Shown: one piece after another, positions 18,324-29,392 of the stretch | Numbering within the stretch: position 1 is the first letter of the stretch | How the letters are laid out: the number at the start of each line of letters is the position of its first letter | Assembly (NCBI GenBank): GCA_040772485.1 | Contig: JAXGYC010000008.1 | Location: 128,001-192,000 of the forward strand | Length of the DNA: 64,000 nt | From: Sedimentisphaerales bacterium | GTDB taxonomy: Bacteria > Planctomycetota > Phycisphaerae > Sedimentisphaerales > Anaerobacaceae | Reading direction: 5' to 3' | The notes under the pieces: model-generated | Seen by the model: only the letters and a program-made list of their open reading frames with translations | Told to the model about the DNA's origin: nothing | The model's database searches: none | Position numbers and translations under genes: made by a program

Positions 18324-19394
18324 TCACAACAACTCGGTGGCACGCGGAAAGCTGCCCAGGATCGAGAGCTGGAGGCAGTGCTGCCGCGATTCTTCGAGGC
18401 CGATCTGTATCCTCTCCTCCGTGTGGTGCCCGAGGAAATCGACGAAGAAATAATACTCCCACCCACGTTTCTTGCTGGGTCGCGATTCGATCATCGTCAG
18501 GTTGATGCAGTATCGCTTGAAGACCGCCAGCACGTCGGCCAGGGCGCCGGCCTTATGCGCCGTACTGAAGAGGATCGCGGTCTTGTCCTCGCCCGTCGGC
18601 CTGGCATCCTCCCGGCTGACGACCAGAAACCGCGTGACGTTGTTGGCGATATCCTCGACATTCTCGCAGATCATCTTCAGGCCGTACAGCTCGGCCGCGA
18701 TCTTCGATCCGATGGCCGCCGCATGCGGCTCCTCGGCCGCCATCTGGGCCGCCCGCGCCGTCGAGGCGACGGGGATCGTCTTGGCCTCTTTGAACGTCGC
18801 AGTCAGCCAGTTGCGACACTGCGCGAACACCTCGGGTTTCGAATAGATCTTCTCCACCTCATCGAGCGAGCAGTTCGCCAGCAGGTTGTGGTGGATGGCC
18901 ATGAGGACCTCGGCACAGACCTTCACGTCCGTTTCGATCAGGGCATCGAGCGTCTCGATGACGCCGCCGCCGCTGGAGTTCTCGATCGGCACCAGCCCGA
19001 GATCACAATGCCCTCTGCCGATCTCGTCGAAGATGCTGCGAATATCGGCCAGAGGCTCGTATTCGACGCTCTGACCGAACTTGAGCATGGCCGCCGTGTG
19101 GCTGAAGCTCCCGGCCGGACCAAGGTAGGCGATACGAAGCGGCTTCTCCAAAACGAACGACCCGCTCATCAGCTCCCGCCAGATCGCCACCAGCGTACGG
19201 TCGGGCAGGGGGCCCTGATTGACCTTGCGGATTTTGTCCAGCACCTGTTTCTCGCGGTCCGGCGCATAGATCGGGCCTTCGGTCCGATTCTTGAGCTTAC
19301 CTACCTCCACAACCACTTGCGCTCGCTCGTTGAGCAGCTTGACCAACTGGCCGTCGATTTCGTCAATTCGATTTCGCAGGTCGTCCAACGACAT
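18324..19394 (-). CDS. pheA: Chorismate mutase/prephenate dehydratase (P-protein)
   Basis: LRNRIDEID CM domain, YLGPAGSFS, PIENS, NVTRF and ACT-domain IESRP. Confidence 0.96.
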   Translation of the reverse strand: MSLDDLRNRIDEIDGQLVKLLNERAQVVVEVGKLKNRTEGPIYAPDREKQVLDKIRKVNQGPLPDRTLVAIWRELMSGSFVLEKPLRIAYLGPAGSFSHTAAMLKFGQSVEYEPLADIRSIFDEIGRGHCDLGLVPIENSSGGGVIETLDALIETDVKVCAEVLMAIHHNLLANCSLDEVEKIYSKPEVFAQCRNWLTATFKEAKTIPVASTARAAQMAAEEPHAAAIGSKIAAELYGLKMICENVEDIANNVTRFLVVSREDARPTGEDKTAILFSTAHKAGALADVLAVFKRYCINLTMIESRPSKKRGWEYYFFVDFLGHHTEERIQIGLEESRQHCLQLSILGSFPRATELL

Positions 19395-19654
19395 AGACCC
19401 AATCCACGTGTGTCCGCAACAGGCGTTGTCCGGACCGTCAAGAGACTATCGCCGCCGGAAGAAACTGGTCGCTCCACGCGAAGGTTGCCCGCGAGCAGAC
19501 CCCTCTTCCCGGCCATATCAGCCCTCGGAAGCCCGGTTCAATTTCATGAAAACTGTTTTTCTTATCAGAATTTTGCCTTGGCGTCAATGGATTTCGCTCG
19601 TAGGGTGAATATTTGTGTGCTGCGCCGGACGTCCTGTTACGAGAGACCGAATCT

Positions 19655-20197
19655 ATGACCGCGAGCAAGACAAGATACACAATCTTCAGCACCCGCTGGG
19701 GCCATTTCGGTTTGGCCTGCAGCGAGGAGGGGGTCTGTCGGAGCTTCCTTCCCGTGTCAGCGGTGGAGACTGTCCGGAAGGTACTGCTGGCGAGTTTGGG
19801 GCCGTCCGCGCCGCACGCGATCTTCGAAAGGGATCTTGCGCGCGACCTTCAGGACCGAATAGCTGCCTACTTTGAGGGCGAAAACGTCGATTTCAGTACT
19901 GATCCGGCGGTTGACCTGACGGATCGCGGCCCTTTCGAGCGTGCGGTCCTGAACGCCTGCCGGCAGATCCCCGCTGGCCAGACGCTGACCTATGCCGCAC
20001 TCGCCGAGAGGGTTGGCCGACCCCATGCCGCCCGGGCGGTGGGCAATGCCTTGGCCGGCAATCCGATCCCGCTGATCGTGCCGTGCCATCGCGTGATCCG
20101 CACCGATGGCGGACTCGGAGGATTTTCCGCTCCCGGCGGGACCGCCACCAAGCAGCGAATGCTCCGGCACGAACAGTCCCTGGCGAATCCCAAGTGA
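19655..20197 (+). CDS. ogt: Methylated-DNA--protein-cysteine methyltransferase
   Basis: ARAVGNALAGNP..VPCHRV active site. Confidence 0.93.
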   Translation: MTASKTRYTIFSTRWGHFGLACSEEGVCRSFLPVSAVETVRKVLLASLGPSAPHAIFERDLARDLQDRIAAYFEGENVDFSTDPAVDLTDRGPFERAVLNACRQIPAGQTLTYAALAERVGRPHAARAVGNALAGNPIPLIVPCHRVIRTDGGLGGFSAPGGTATKQRMLRHEQSLANPK

Positions 20198-20465
20198 TTC
20201 CCAGCGCAGCACTTACAGATACCGCCCCTGCCAGGACTCAATTTCCGATACGCCGGTGCATTGCGGAAATCGCGAGCCGACGCACTGGGTACATTGGCCG
20301 CCAGACTCGAAGATCCGGCCCATCTGTCAAGCCGAGATTCTGCCGACGGTTGACTGGAGCGGTCGTGTTGCGTCTTTCGTGGTGGCCGCTGCGGTTCTGC
20401 GTCGATAAGATGAGGAGGCCTTTATGACCGTTGTTGCCGAGAAGACACGAAAGGGAGGAACCATC

Positions 20466-22247
20466 ATGAGGACTCGCACGATCGTGTGGCTGACTCTGGT
20501 ACTGGTGGGCGGCTTGGCATCGTGGGCGTGCGCGCAGCCGGCCGACGACATTCGTGAGCTTCGACTGGCTGACTGGGAACCGCGCTCGATGCTGAAAACG
20601 AGACAGAGCGTGGTCGAAAAGCCGGCGCACCCCGTCATCGACGTGCACAACCACCTGGGCGGCGGCGTCGAGCGTCTGACGCCCGACCGCGTCGGGCAGT
20701 ATCTGGCCGAGATGGACGCCGCCGGCGTTCGCACGGTCGTCAATCTCGACGGCCAGTGGGGCCAGCGACTGGCCGAGACGCTGGCGGCGCTGGACGAGGC
20801 GCATCCCGGCCGGTTCCTGACGTTCGCCCTGCTGGACTTCCGCGGCATCGACGACGAGGACTGGGGCCGGCGCGAGGCCGGGCGATTGGAAGAGAGTTTC
20901 CGGGCCGGTGCCAAGGGACTGAAGATCCACAAATCCCTCGGTCTGTCCTATCGCTACAAGGACGGCAAGCTCATGCCGGTCGACGACCCGAAGCTGGACC
21001 CGGTCTGGGAGATGTGCGCCAAGCATCGCCGGCCGGTGATGATCCACACCTCCGACCCGGCGGCCTTCTTCACGCCGCTGGACCGTTTCAACGAGCGATG
21101 GCACGAGTTGAACGCCCATCCGAACTGGCTGTTCCACGGCGAGCAGTTCCCCTCGCGCGACGAACTCCTCGCGCAGCGCAACCGGGCCGTTGCCAAACAC
21201 CCGAACACGACGTTCATCTGCGCCCACTTCGGCAACAACCCGGAGGATGTCGCGACTGTCGGAACGTGGCTGGACCGCTATCCGAACATGTACATCGACA
21301 TCGACGCGCGCATCTCGGAGCTGGGCCGGCAGCCTTACACGACGCGCAGGTTCCTTCTGAAGTATCAGGATCGCATCATGTTCGGCACCGACACCACTCC
21401 CGATCGCGACGCCTATCGGATGTACTACCGGTTTCTGGAAACCGACGACGAGTACTTCGACTGTGCCGGCGGGCACCACCGACAGGGTTTCTGGATGATC
21501 TACGGCGTGTTCCTGCCCGACGAGGTGCTACAGAAACTCTATCACGGGAACGCCGAGCGGCTTCTTTTCGGTCTCAGCAGCGATGTGCAGGAACCCCGGG
21601 CCAAGGTGCTGCGCGTGCCGCAGACAGACGATTTCGCCGTCACAGGCCGCGGCGACGCGCCCGCTTGGGAGAAAGCCGCGTGGGAGCCGCTGCAAAGGCG
21701 CACCGCCGGCGGTCATCCGTACGAGACACGCGTCAAGATGCTCTACTCGCGGACCGGACTCTACGTGCTCATGGAGGCCGAGGACCGCACGATCACCGCG
21801 ACGATGAACGAGGACTTCCTCGACCTGTGGCACGAAGACGTGTTGGAGTTCTTCCTTTGGCCCGACCAGCAGTATCCAGTCTACTTCGAGTACGAGATTT
21901 CTCCGCTCGGTGTCGAGCTGCCGATCCTCATTCCGAATTTCGGCGGTGAGTTTCTCGGCTGGCGGCCCTGGCATTACGAGGATGGACGCAGGACGCGGAA
22001 GGCCACGACCGTCGCGGGCGGCCCGAAACAATCGGGCGCTCGCGTGACCGGCTGGAAGGCCGAGGTGTTCGTGCCCTGCGAGCTGCTCAAGCCGCTGCAA
22101 AACGTCCCGCCACGGCCGGGGATGCGATGGCGAGCCAATTTCTATCGCATGGACTATGACGACGGCAGAACTACAAGCTGGGACTGGGCGAGGGTCGGTC
22201 CCAACTTTCACGAGTTCAACAGGTTCGGCACGCTTGTCTTTGAGTAG
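20466..22247 (+). CDS. Secreted amidohydrolase_2 fused to a C-terminal CBM9/DOMON-like domain
   Basis: Signal peptide; IDVHNH, GLKIHK, MIH, AHFG and MFGTD metal sites; C-terminal LWHEDVLEFF..YFEYEISP..WRANFYRMD..FH..FG. Confidence 0.8.
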   Translation: MRTRTIVWLTLVLVGGLASWACAQPADDIRELRLADWEPRSMLKTRQSVVEKPAHPVIDVHNHLGGGVERLTPDRVGQYLAEMDAAGVRTVVNLDGQWGQRLAETLAALDEAHPGRFLTFALLDFRGIDDEDWGRREAGRLEESFRAGAKGLKIHKSLGLSYRYKDGKLMPVDDPKLDPVWEMCAKHRRPVMIHTSDPAAFFTPLDRFNERWHELNAHPNWLFHGEQFPSRDELLAQRNRAVAKHPNTTFICAHFGNNPEDVATVGTWLDRYPNMYIDIDARISELGRQPYTTRRFLLKYQDRIMFGTDTTPDRDAYRMYYRFLETDDEYFDCAGGHHRQGFWMIYGVFLPDEVLQKLYHGNAERLLFGLSSDVQEPRAKVLRVPQTDDFAVTGRGDAPAWEKAAWEPLQRRTAGGHPYETRVKMLYSRTGLYVLMEAEDRTITATMNEDFLDLWHEDVLEFFLWPDQQYPVYFEYEISPLGVELPILIPNFGGEFLGWRPWHYEDGRRTRKATTVAGGPKQSGARVTGWKAEVFVPCELLKPLQNVPPRPGMRWRANFYRMDYDDGRTTSWDWARVGPNFHEFNRFGTLVFE

Positions 22248-22260
22248 TGAGGTCGCTGCC

Positions 22261-23115
22261 ATGCTTGATACAGGCAGATCCGGTCCGGAAGCGGTGCAGA
22301 GGAGGGCCTTCACACTTATCGAGCTGCTGGTCGTCATTGCCGTCATCGCTCTGCTGATGGGCATCCTCATGCCGGCTCTGAGCAAGGCGAGGAAGCTGGC
22401 GCGATCGGCCGTCTGCAAAGCCCATCTGCGCCAGTGGGGAACGATCTTTTTCATGTACACGACCGACAACAACGACAGATTCTGGACGGAGCACAATGTG
22501 TGGCAGACCGGCGTGCCCCAGGGCGGCTGGATGCCCTACCTCAGCCGGCTCTACGGCGACGTCGATGAGTTCCGGCTTTGCCCCTCGGCCACCAGGCTCA
22601 ACGGTCCCGTCGGCGGAATCGGCACCACCTTCGCGCGGTGGGGCCCCGGACCGATCATGGAGGCGCATCAGTTCGGCCCCGACGCGGCCAAGAACTACGG
22701 CAGCTACGGCATCAATCTCTGGATCAATTCGGTCGATCCGCCGTCGACGGAAGGATGGCGCGGCCGGCCCCAGTGCCAATGGAAGACATTGCAGGGCAAG
22801 TACGCGGCGGACATCCCGATGGTCAGTGACTGCACCTGGTTCGGCACCAATCCGATCAGCCTGATCGACCGGTCCTGGCCCAACAGCGGCGATCCCGCCC
22901 CTTCCGAAGACTGGTGGGAGCAGAAGAACCCCATCGAACCGGGCGACTGGAACTGGGACATGGCCCGGGTCACGATCAACCGGCACGAGAGGGGCATCAA
23001 CGCGACGCTGATGGACGGCTCGACGCGAAAAGTGATCCTGACGCACCTCTGGAGCCTCAAGTGGCACCGGGAGTTTCGACCGCTCTACGACGTTGATATC
23101 CCCTGGCTCCGTTAG
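22261..23115 (+). CDS. Prepilin N-terminal / H-X9-DG (DUF1559-like) protein
   Basis: [25 protein letters not shown] and RHERGINATLMDG. Confidence 0.9.
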   Translation: MLDTGRSGPEAVQRRAFTLIELLVVIAVIALLMGILMPALSKARKLARSAVCKAHLRQWGTIFFMYTTDNNDRFWTEHNVWQTGVPQGGWMPYLSRLYGDVDEFRLCPSATRLNGPVGGIGTTFARWGPGPIMEAHQFGPDAAKNYGSYGINLWINSVDPPSTEGWRGRPQCQWKTLQGKYAADIPMVSDCTWFGTNPISLIDRSWPNSGDPAPSEDWWEQKNPIEPGDWNWDMARVTINRHERGINATLMDGSTRKVILTHLWSLKWHREFRPLYDVDIPWLR

Positions 23116-23142
23116 CCCAAACAGCATGGGCTGAAGCCCATC

Positions 23143-25383
23143 CTACAGGCGGCCGGAGATGCTTAGTTCGAGCGCAGCGTAGCCGTCGATCTCAAAATGC
23201 TCCACAACCATCTCGACGGTCTTGTCTTCGCTCAGATCGAGTGTGCCGGTATCGCGCGTCGGTCCGTGCCACGTCCAGTTGTCGATGATCGTGCGGCCAT
23301 CGACGGTGACGCGCACCCCGTCGTCGCTGAGCGTCGCGAACTCCCACACGCCGGCCGCCAGCAGAATGCGCACGGTGGCGATCATGCCGAAATGATCGCT
23401 GCCCAGTTTGGCGGCTGCGACAGCCTCCGGCAACTTCTGTTCGCTGGGCCCGCCCCACGCGTAGCTGAACGCAAGACGTTTGGCCTTCGCTGAAACGGAA
23501 CTCTCCGCATGGGTGAGCTTCCGCCAGACTACGGCATCCTTGCGCGGGTCCGTATCGTCCGTCCACTTGAAGAAAGTCACATCCCACACAGCCGAGATGA
23601 GCGTACCGTGAAGCTGCTCTGCGAAGTCGCCTGCTCTGGCCTGGATCCGATAGGGATAGACGCCGGGTTTGGCTGCCGAGACGGTGTATGTGCCGGGCTG
23701 CTCCAGGTCTTGCGGCCAAGACAGCTCTCCCTGCACGCCATGCCCCTCAACCGTGATCTGTGCGGCTCGCGGCACCTTGTGCAGGCTGTACCGGACGGAG
23801 TCGCCGTCATCCTGAACCACGCGAATCAGCGGCGATTCGTGGTCCCATGGTCCCCACGGTGTCATGATGATGTTATGCCGGCCGTACAAATGCCCGCGGG
23901 CTCCGACCGGGCGCGTCACGCCCCGTACAGGATACTCGGGCTTCGTCACCGGCCCGACCTCCGCGTCGAAGACATCCTGTATGATGACAGCCTCGTCCTT
24001 TCGCATCTGTTCTTTGACGTCCGCGAACACGTCCCGGCCGAGCGTTACCTGGCTCGATCCACGGAAGTGGTACGCCAGTGCATCGCCCGTGAACGTGTTC
24101 CGAGCAATCCGGTTGTCCCTGGATTCCGTTCCATTGGCTCTCGCCCACGGCGTGCTCGCCAGGTCGCCGGGGTCCGACCACCACAGGTGCACGCCGCACC
24201 GGTTGGCTGCGAAGGCGTTCTCCACGATTCGATTGGCCCTGCCATGTTCGATGTTCACGCCGCCCCGCTCCAGCCCATACGCCATCTGGCCGTTGCCTTC
24301 GATGTCGTTCCTCGCGATCAGGGTGTCCTGCGAATAGCCGCCCCAGATTCCGCATATGGCGTTCTCGACAAGGCGGTTGCCATAGAAGACGTTGCCGAAG
24401 GAGAAGGTCATCTCGATCCCGTGCGCGGGAGCGTAGGAGAAATCGTTCCCGATGAGCAGGTTTCCGTTGTTGCCCCGCCGTTTGTACCAGTCTGCTGGAT
24501 GGTTCCCGGTCTGGCCCAGCGCTTCACGTCCTGCGAAACCGAAGAACCCGTCGCCACTGTGCGTGGCCGAGTTCTCGGCGACGATGTTCTCATTGTTCTG
24601 TTCGAACAGGAGGATGCCGGCCGAATCCTGGCCGCGATTGTATACCCCGTGGCTGTATCCGCGCACGCAGAAGTCACAGGCGTTGCGGCTGATCACGTTG
24701 CGGCTGCATCGCCACATCGCGATTCCCCAGCCGGAATTGAAGGAGAAATCGTTGTCGTAGACCTCCGAGTCGTCCACACGGTCCAGGCAAAGCGCGTTCT
24801 GCCCGTGTCGAACCGTGCAGCGGCGCACAGTGACATGGCCTGCATCCTCCAGATAGATCGCGGCGCCGTAGCGGCTCAGCCATTCGTTGTCGTCGTTGTC
24901 GTGCGGATAGAGCCAGTCACTGCTGTCCTCGGCGAGTGGTGTCGACCTGAGGTACGCACGCCGATTGTCGGAGGCATCGATCGCGTCAAGCGTCAATCCG
25001 TCGGCGCTGGTGGCCCAGAGCGCTGCCCGGAAACCGCTGATCTTCGCATCGCGGATGACGACATGGGTCTGCCCTTCGATGCGGATACCGTAGCCGGCGT
25101 ATTCATCGGGCCTGCGGTCTGGCGGCGAGCCACGGAGAACGGAATCCTCCGCGAACTCGATTCGGATATGGGAGGCGACGACGTGAATCACACCATTGTT
25201 ATTCTTGTCCTCGATCACCGTGCCGGGCGGTATGACGATGCGGCAGGATTGGGACACAGACACATCATCCGATATCACTCGCAGCTCGGGGACCTGCTGG
25301 GCACCGATTGCCCGAACCACCAGCAACAGGAACATGCCCGCGACCAAGGCGCCCTTTCGCAGAATCGCATGTGGAGGCCCCAT
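23143..25383 (-). CDS. Secreted right-handed beta-helix protein with a C-terminal PA14 domain
   Basis: Signal peptide, Asn/Gly parallel beta-helix repeats, and SDDGVRVTVDGRTIIDNW.WHG PA14 motif. Confidence 0.8.
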   Translation of the reverse strand: MGPPHAILRKGALVAGMFLLLVVRAIGAQQVPELRVISDDVSVSQSCRIVIPPGTVIEDKNNNGVIHVVASHIRIEFAEDSVLRGSPPDRRPDEYAGYGIRIEGQTHVVIRDAKISGFRAALWATSADGLTLDAIDASDNRRAYLRSTPLAEDSSDWLYPHDNDDNEWLSRYGAAIYLEDAGHVTVRRCTVRHGQNALCLDRVDDSEVYDNDFSFNSGWGIAMWRCSRNVISRNACDFCVRGYSHGVYNRGQDSAGILLFEQNNENIVAENSATHSGDGFFGFAGREALGQTGNHPADWYKRRGNNGNLLIGNDFSYAPAHGIEMTFSFGNVFYGNRLVENAICGIWGGYSQDTLIARNDIEGNGQMAYGLERGGVNIEHGRANRIVENAFAANRCGVHLWWSDPGDLASTPWARANGTESRDNRIARNTFTGDALAYHFRGSSQVTLGRDVFADVKEQMRKDEAVIIQDVFDAEVGPVTKPEYPVRGVTRPVGARGHLYGRHNIIMTPWGPWDHESPLIRVVQDDGDSVRYSLHKVPRAAQITVEGHGVQGELSWPQDLEQPGTYTVSAAKPGVYPYRIQARAGDFAEQLHGTLISAVWDVTFFKWTDDTDPRKDAVVWRKLTHAESSVSAKAKRLAFSYAWGGPSEQKLPEAVAAAKLGSDHFGMIATVRILLAAGVWEFATLSDDGVRVTVDGRTIIDNWTWHGPTRDTGTLDLSEDKTVEMVVEHFEIDGYAALELSISGRL

Positions 25384-25485
25384 GAATGCGTTCTCCTCAC
25401 TGCCGGATGAGGAAGATGCCCGCCGCCGGAAGGAATCTGCCGATCAACACAATCCACACGGCGCGGCGCGCCTCTTCCCTCATCG

Positions 25486-27153
25486 TCATGCTTGGCTCGT
25501 CCCGTTGGTTGCCCGACTCGGTATGTCAATGGCGATCTCCAGCCGGTTCTCTCGCGTAGTGATGGGCAGGGACGACAGGAGCTTCCTCTTTCGGTCCCAC
25601 CGTTCGCGGAGCCGGACCGAATCGACGCCCAGATGGCGGCCTTTCGAGAAGGGGTTGCGGCCCACGCACTCGAATTTCAGCGTGTGCTTGCCCGGCACCA
25701 GTTTGAAGCTCCCCAGGTAGTGGTCTTTGACCTCGATGCTCTTGGCGTAGAAGTCGTAGTCCTCGATCTTGTCTCCCGCCATGTAGTCTTCGGGTTGTCG
25801 GATGTTCTTGCCGTCGAGGAAGATCCGGTAGACGCCATACTCCGGGCCGTAGGTCATGCGCAGCATCAGGCCGCGGTATTCATCCTTCTCGACGTTGAAC
25901 TCAACCTCAAAGACCGGATCATCGGACGCCGGCTGGAACAAGACCTGCCCCTGCCCCGTCCAGTCGTAGCCCTTCTGCAGCTCCAGCAGACCGGGTGAGT
26001 GCTTCGCCGTCGGCAGCAAGGCCTGGCCCTCGATGACGATGTCGAGGTTGGGCAGAATTCGCTCCGCCAGCGGCGGCAGCTTCGTGAAACGCCGGGGCCG
26101 GCCCACCTGATACCAGAAGGCGACTGTGGCGATGTCATCCTCGCGTTCGACGTGGCCCTCCGTCTTGCCGCTCTCGGTCTCGTCGCCGGTGATCCAGCCG
26201 GTGTGCTCGATCTCAAAACGCAGCGACTTGCGGAACCGGACCGGGTCGGCGATGTGCCAGCGATACAGACAGTACTCGGTGCCCAGGTCCTCATAGTCCG
26301 AGCTCATGTAGTTGCAGCCGTAGTAGGGGAAGGAGGTCTGGTTGAGTCCCCAGGCCATGAGGAAGTAGTCCTCGGTGCCGGTGCCCTGGATGGACGGCCT
26401 GGTCTCGCCGTCGATGTAGAATCGGGCATCGCCCTCGCCGAACCAGAAGGGGCTCCGCGAGCGGACCGACATCACCGTTCCGACGTAGTGGCCCTGGCCC
26501 TGGATGTCGGCAATGAGATAGTCCTGGCCCAGCTTCTCCGGAAACGCCTGGTTGTACTGGGCACAGAAGTAGGCGGTCTCAGCTGGCAGGCTGTCCTCTT
26601 CGGTGTAGTCGATATGATAGTAGAAACTCCGGACGTTCTTGGCGCCCTCGTTGGTGACCGTGATCAGGCCCCTTTTGAAGAAAGGCATAGCCCAGTAGCA
26701 GTTGTAGCCGTCGCCGCCCTCGACCTGAACCGGGACCGACTGGATCTCCAGGCGACGGCCGAACCCCGCGCCGAAGAAGTCGCCGATGGGCGCCTCGACG
26801 GCGGGCTCGGTCGCATCGTCCCAGTACATGCGGATGACGATCTCGTTCGGAGCGGCCGAGCCTCCCGCTTCGAGCCAGTTCGGACGAGCTTCGTTGAAGG
26901 TCAGCCAGATGTGGTGGATGACGCCGGGGCCTTTGATGTCCGCCAGCACTTTTGTTTCGCCCGGCGTGACGTACTTGATCCGGTCGGAGTTGCCCGTGAA
27001 GCTCGGATCGGTGGAGGTCACCGCCCGCATCCGTCCCGGCCGGACCTTCGTCAGGGAGTCAAGGTCCTGGGCCCAGGTCGTTGGAGCACCGGCCGACAGC
27101 GCCAATGAAACCGCAACCAACACGATCACGTTGACCTTCCTTCTTCCCGCCAT
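25486..27153 (-). CDS. DUF2961 / GH172-like secreted glycoside hydrolase
   Basis: GPGVIHHIW, PIGDFFG, NCYWAMPF, WFGEGD, GTGTEDYF and YRWHIADPVRF. Confidence 0.88.
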   Translation of the reverse strand: MAGRRKVNVIVLVAVSLALSAGAPTTWAQDLDSLTKVRPGRMRAVTSTDPSFTGNSDRIKYVTPGETKVLADIKGPGVIHHIWLTFNEARPNWLEAGGSAAPNEIVIRMYWDDATEPAVEAPIGDFFGAGFGRRLEIQSVPVQVEGGDGYNCYWAMPFFKRGLITVTNEGAKNVRSFYYHIDYTEEDSLPAETAYFCAQYNQAFPEKLGQDYLIADIQGQGHYVGTVMSVRSRSPFWFGEGDARFYIDGETRPSIQGTGTEDYFLMAWGLNQTSFPYYGCNYMSSDYEDLGTEYCLYRWHIADPVRFRKSLRFEIEHTGWITGDETESGKTEGHVEREDDIATVAFWYQVGRPRRFTKLPPLAERILPNLDIVIEGQALLPTAKHSPGLLELQKGYDWTGQGQVLFQPASDDPVFEVEFNVEKDEYRGLMLRMTYGPEYGVYRIFLDGKNIRQPEDYMAGDKIEDYDFYAKSIEVKDHYLGSFKLVPGKHTLKFECVGRNPFSKGRHLGVDSVRLRERWDRKRKLLSSLPITTRENRLEIAIDIPSRATNGTSQA

Positions 27154-27308
27154 GAGTGAACCTCCCTTATCGATTTTGAGGGTGGCCGCGTCAAGCGCAG
27201 TGCTGCTCGTAGTGACGCCGTCAGGCGTTATGCCCTTACGGGCACACTACAAACTACCATCCCCAAGGCTTCGTTCCACTGCGCCTTGCGCCTGCCACCC
27301 ACCAGATC

Positions 27309-29120
27309 TCATCTCTTCAGCAGCAGGTTGATGTCACGGATCATATCTCGCTTGTCCTCTTCGGACAAGCGAGCCAGCCCGAGATTGTCGCCCCAGCCGT
27401 TCGTGACGCCGACCCCTGCGCCGACCTTGCGAGCCAGGTCGATCTGCGCCGGCCACAGCGACTTGAACAGCCACGCACAAGGCTGCCAGGCCTTGTTTCC
27501 CAGGGCCGCCAGATGGCGGACCGGGCCCTGACGGTAGAGCGGATGGCCGAGCAACCGGTCGTAGCAATGGTCGCCTCCCTCGCCATCGCCCCAGAGGCAG
27601 AAGTTGCCCATCGAGCAGTCGCTGGCGAACAGGGCCTTGTCCGGCCCAAAAGAACGCACCGCCGCACGGAGGCCGCGCATCAGCTCGATGCCGCCGGGTG
27701 AGAGCGGGCCGCGACGGTCGGGATGGTAGTCGTAGCCCCACGCGGTGAAGGTCTCATCCAGCACGATGCCGTCGGGATTGAGCAGCTCCATCACCCAGCG
27801 GGCCTGCTGGATCAGGTGCTCGCGCCATTCGGACGAGTTCACTGACATCTTCCAGGTCTTCTTGATCACGTCCGGCCCTTCCCAGCCGAAGCCGACAGGT
27901 TCGCCCGCTTCGTTCACCTGAATGAAATCCCGCATCTTCTCGAACAGCGGCGATCCCTCGTCAAGAATCGTGTAGTGCAGGTAGATCGTCGGGTGCGCGC
28001 CCGCGCGGCGGGTCGCCTCGACCCGGGCCTTCATCTTCTCCAGCGACATCGCCGCCGGACCCTTCGGATCGTTCGGCATCGCCGGCCACTCCTTGCGGTC
28101 GGGATGAATGAAGTCGCCGTAGGACAGATAGTAGCCGTGCTGCGTGGCCATGCCCACGTGGAACTCGCCGAAATGCTTCAGGTCCGCGTCGTAACCGCCC
28201 CCGCGAGGACCGTCGGCTTCCACGCCCGAGAGGAAGTCGTAGTAGTGAACACGGAACTGTCGCGTCCAGTCGATGGGCGGGAAGTCCTCCTTGTGGGCAA
28301 ACCGGTGGAATGCCGCCCACGCCTCGGAAGCGTCGCCCGAATGCAGAAACAGGTACGCCTTCATCTCAACAGTCTGTCCGGGAGCGAGACGCACCCGCCG
28401 GCCCATTCGCCAGGCGGTGCGCGAAGGGCCTTCCATCGCCTGGAAGAAGATCGGCTCGGTGGACGACGCGAAGAAGGCCACACGACAAGGCCCATCCTCG
28501 GCGAAGATATCCACCACCGGCGCCAATAACAGCGCCCGCGTCGGAAGCTCTCGCGGATCGCTGGCCTGCGGTTCGAGGTAGTGGGCCAGGTAGCCGTCGG
28601 CCTTCACGGTCTGATGGCAGTCGTGCGCAGCCGGATTTTGCGTCATCCCTCGCGCCGTGATCGGCAGGTACATCTGCTGGTCGGCAGCGGATCGGCAGGG
28701 CCGGGCGCCGCTGAGAAAACCCGCCAGCACCTCGCACGGACGGTCGGATGTGTTCTTCAGTTCCAGAGTCGCTTCGAGAAGGTCTTCCCCGCCCCCGCCC
28801 GTCGAGCTGTGCAGGCAATGCGACAGAGACAACGTGACGGGTCCACACATCCCCTTGGGGTCACTCGCCGTCTGCAAGGGCGAATCATGATTCGCCCCTG
28901 CCAGCCGACAGAATCCGTCGAGAAGGCCCACCGGCTCTTCGTGCACCAGGGGCCGGCCGTCCCAGGCGACACGGTCGAACAGTCTGCCGGTGCCGTGCCG
29001 GCGCCAGGTGACCGGTGGACGCGCGGGGGCATGCAGTTCCTCGCTGAAGAGGTTCCGTGTCGTGCCGAGCGCGCCGAGCAAGGCCGCTCCATTGGCCGCG
29101 AGAAAATCGCGTCGCTTCAT
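27309..29120 (-). CDS. Tat-exported hypothetical protein with a probable glycoside-hydrolase-like TIM barrel
   Basis: MKRRDFL twin-arginine leader; C-terminal alpha/beta pattern with PDGIVLDE. Confidence 0.55.
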   Translation of the reverse strand: MKRRDFLAANGAALLGALGTTRNLFSEELHAPARPPVTWRRHGTGRLFDRVAWDGRPLVHEEPVGLLDGFCRLAGANHDSPLQTASDPKGMCGPVTLSLSHCLHSSTGGGGEDLLEATLELKNTSDRPCEVLAGFLSGARPCRSAADQQMYLPITARGMTQNPAAHDCHQTVKADGYLAHYLEPQASDPRELPTRALLLAPVVDIFAEDGPCRVAFFASSTEPIFFQAMEGPSRTAWRMGRRVRLAPGQTVEMKAYLFLHSGDASEAWAAFHRFAHKEDFPPIDWTRQFRVHYYDFLSGVEADGPRGGGYDADLKHFGEFHVGMATQHGYYLSYGDFIHPDRKEWPAMPNDPKGPAAMSLEKMKARVEATRRAGAHPTIYLHYTILDEGSPLFEKMRDFIQVNEAGEPVGFGWEGPDVIKKTWKMSVNSSEWREHLIQQARWVMELLNPDGIVLDETFTAWGYDYHPDRRGPLSPGGIELMRGLRAAVRSFGPDKALFASDCSMGNFCLWGDGEGGDHCYDRLLGHPLYRQGPVRHLAALGNKAWQPCAWLFKSLWPAQIDLARKVGAGVGVTNGWGDNLGLARLSEEDKRDMIRDINLLLKR

Positions 29121-29392
29121 CTTCTCAGCTCCTTCCAGACTGTCGTATGTATGCCCGCTACGCTGTGGAAGGCGGACGGTGAGTATCGTACCACACCCGC
29201 ACGACGACAGGTGCCAAAAATGCCTTTGCCCGGGAGAGAACTCGACAGTCCCGATGTCCATCGGGATCTATCGCCTGTCGCCATGAGAAGCGCTTGCCAT
29301 GTCACGGACGAAGAAGGTCGTGCCGCCGGCAGCCACTTGCAGGGGCGAATCATCATTCGCTCCTGCGCAGGCATCGTATGGCGAAGTGAAGC

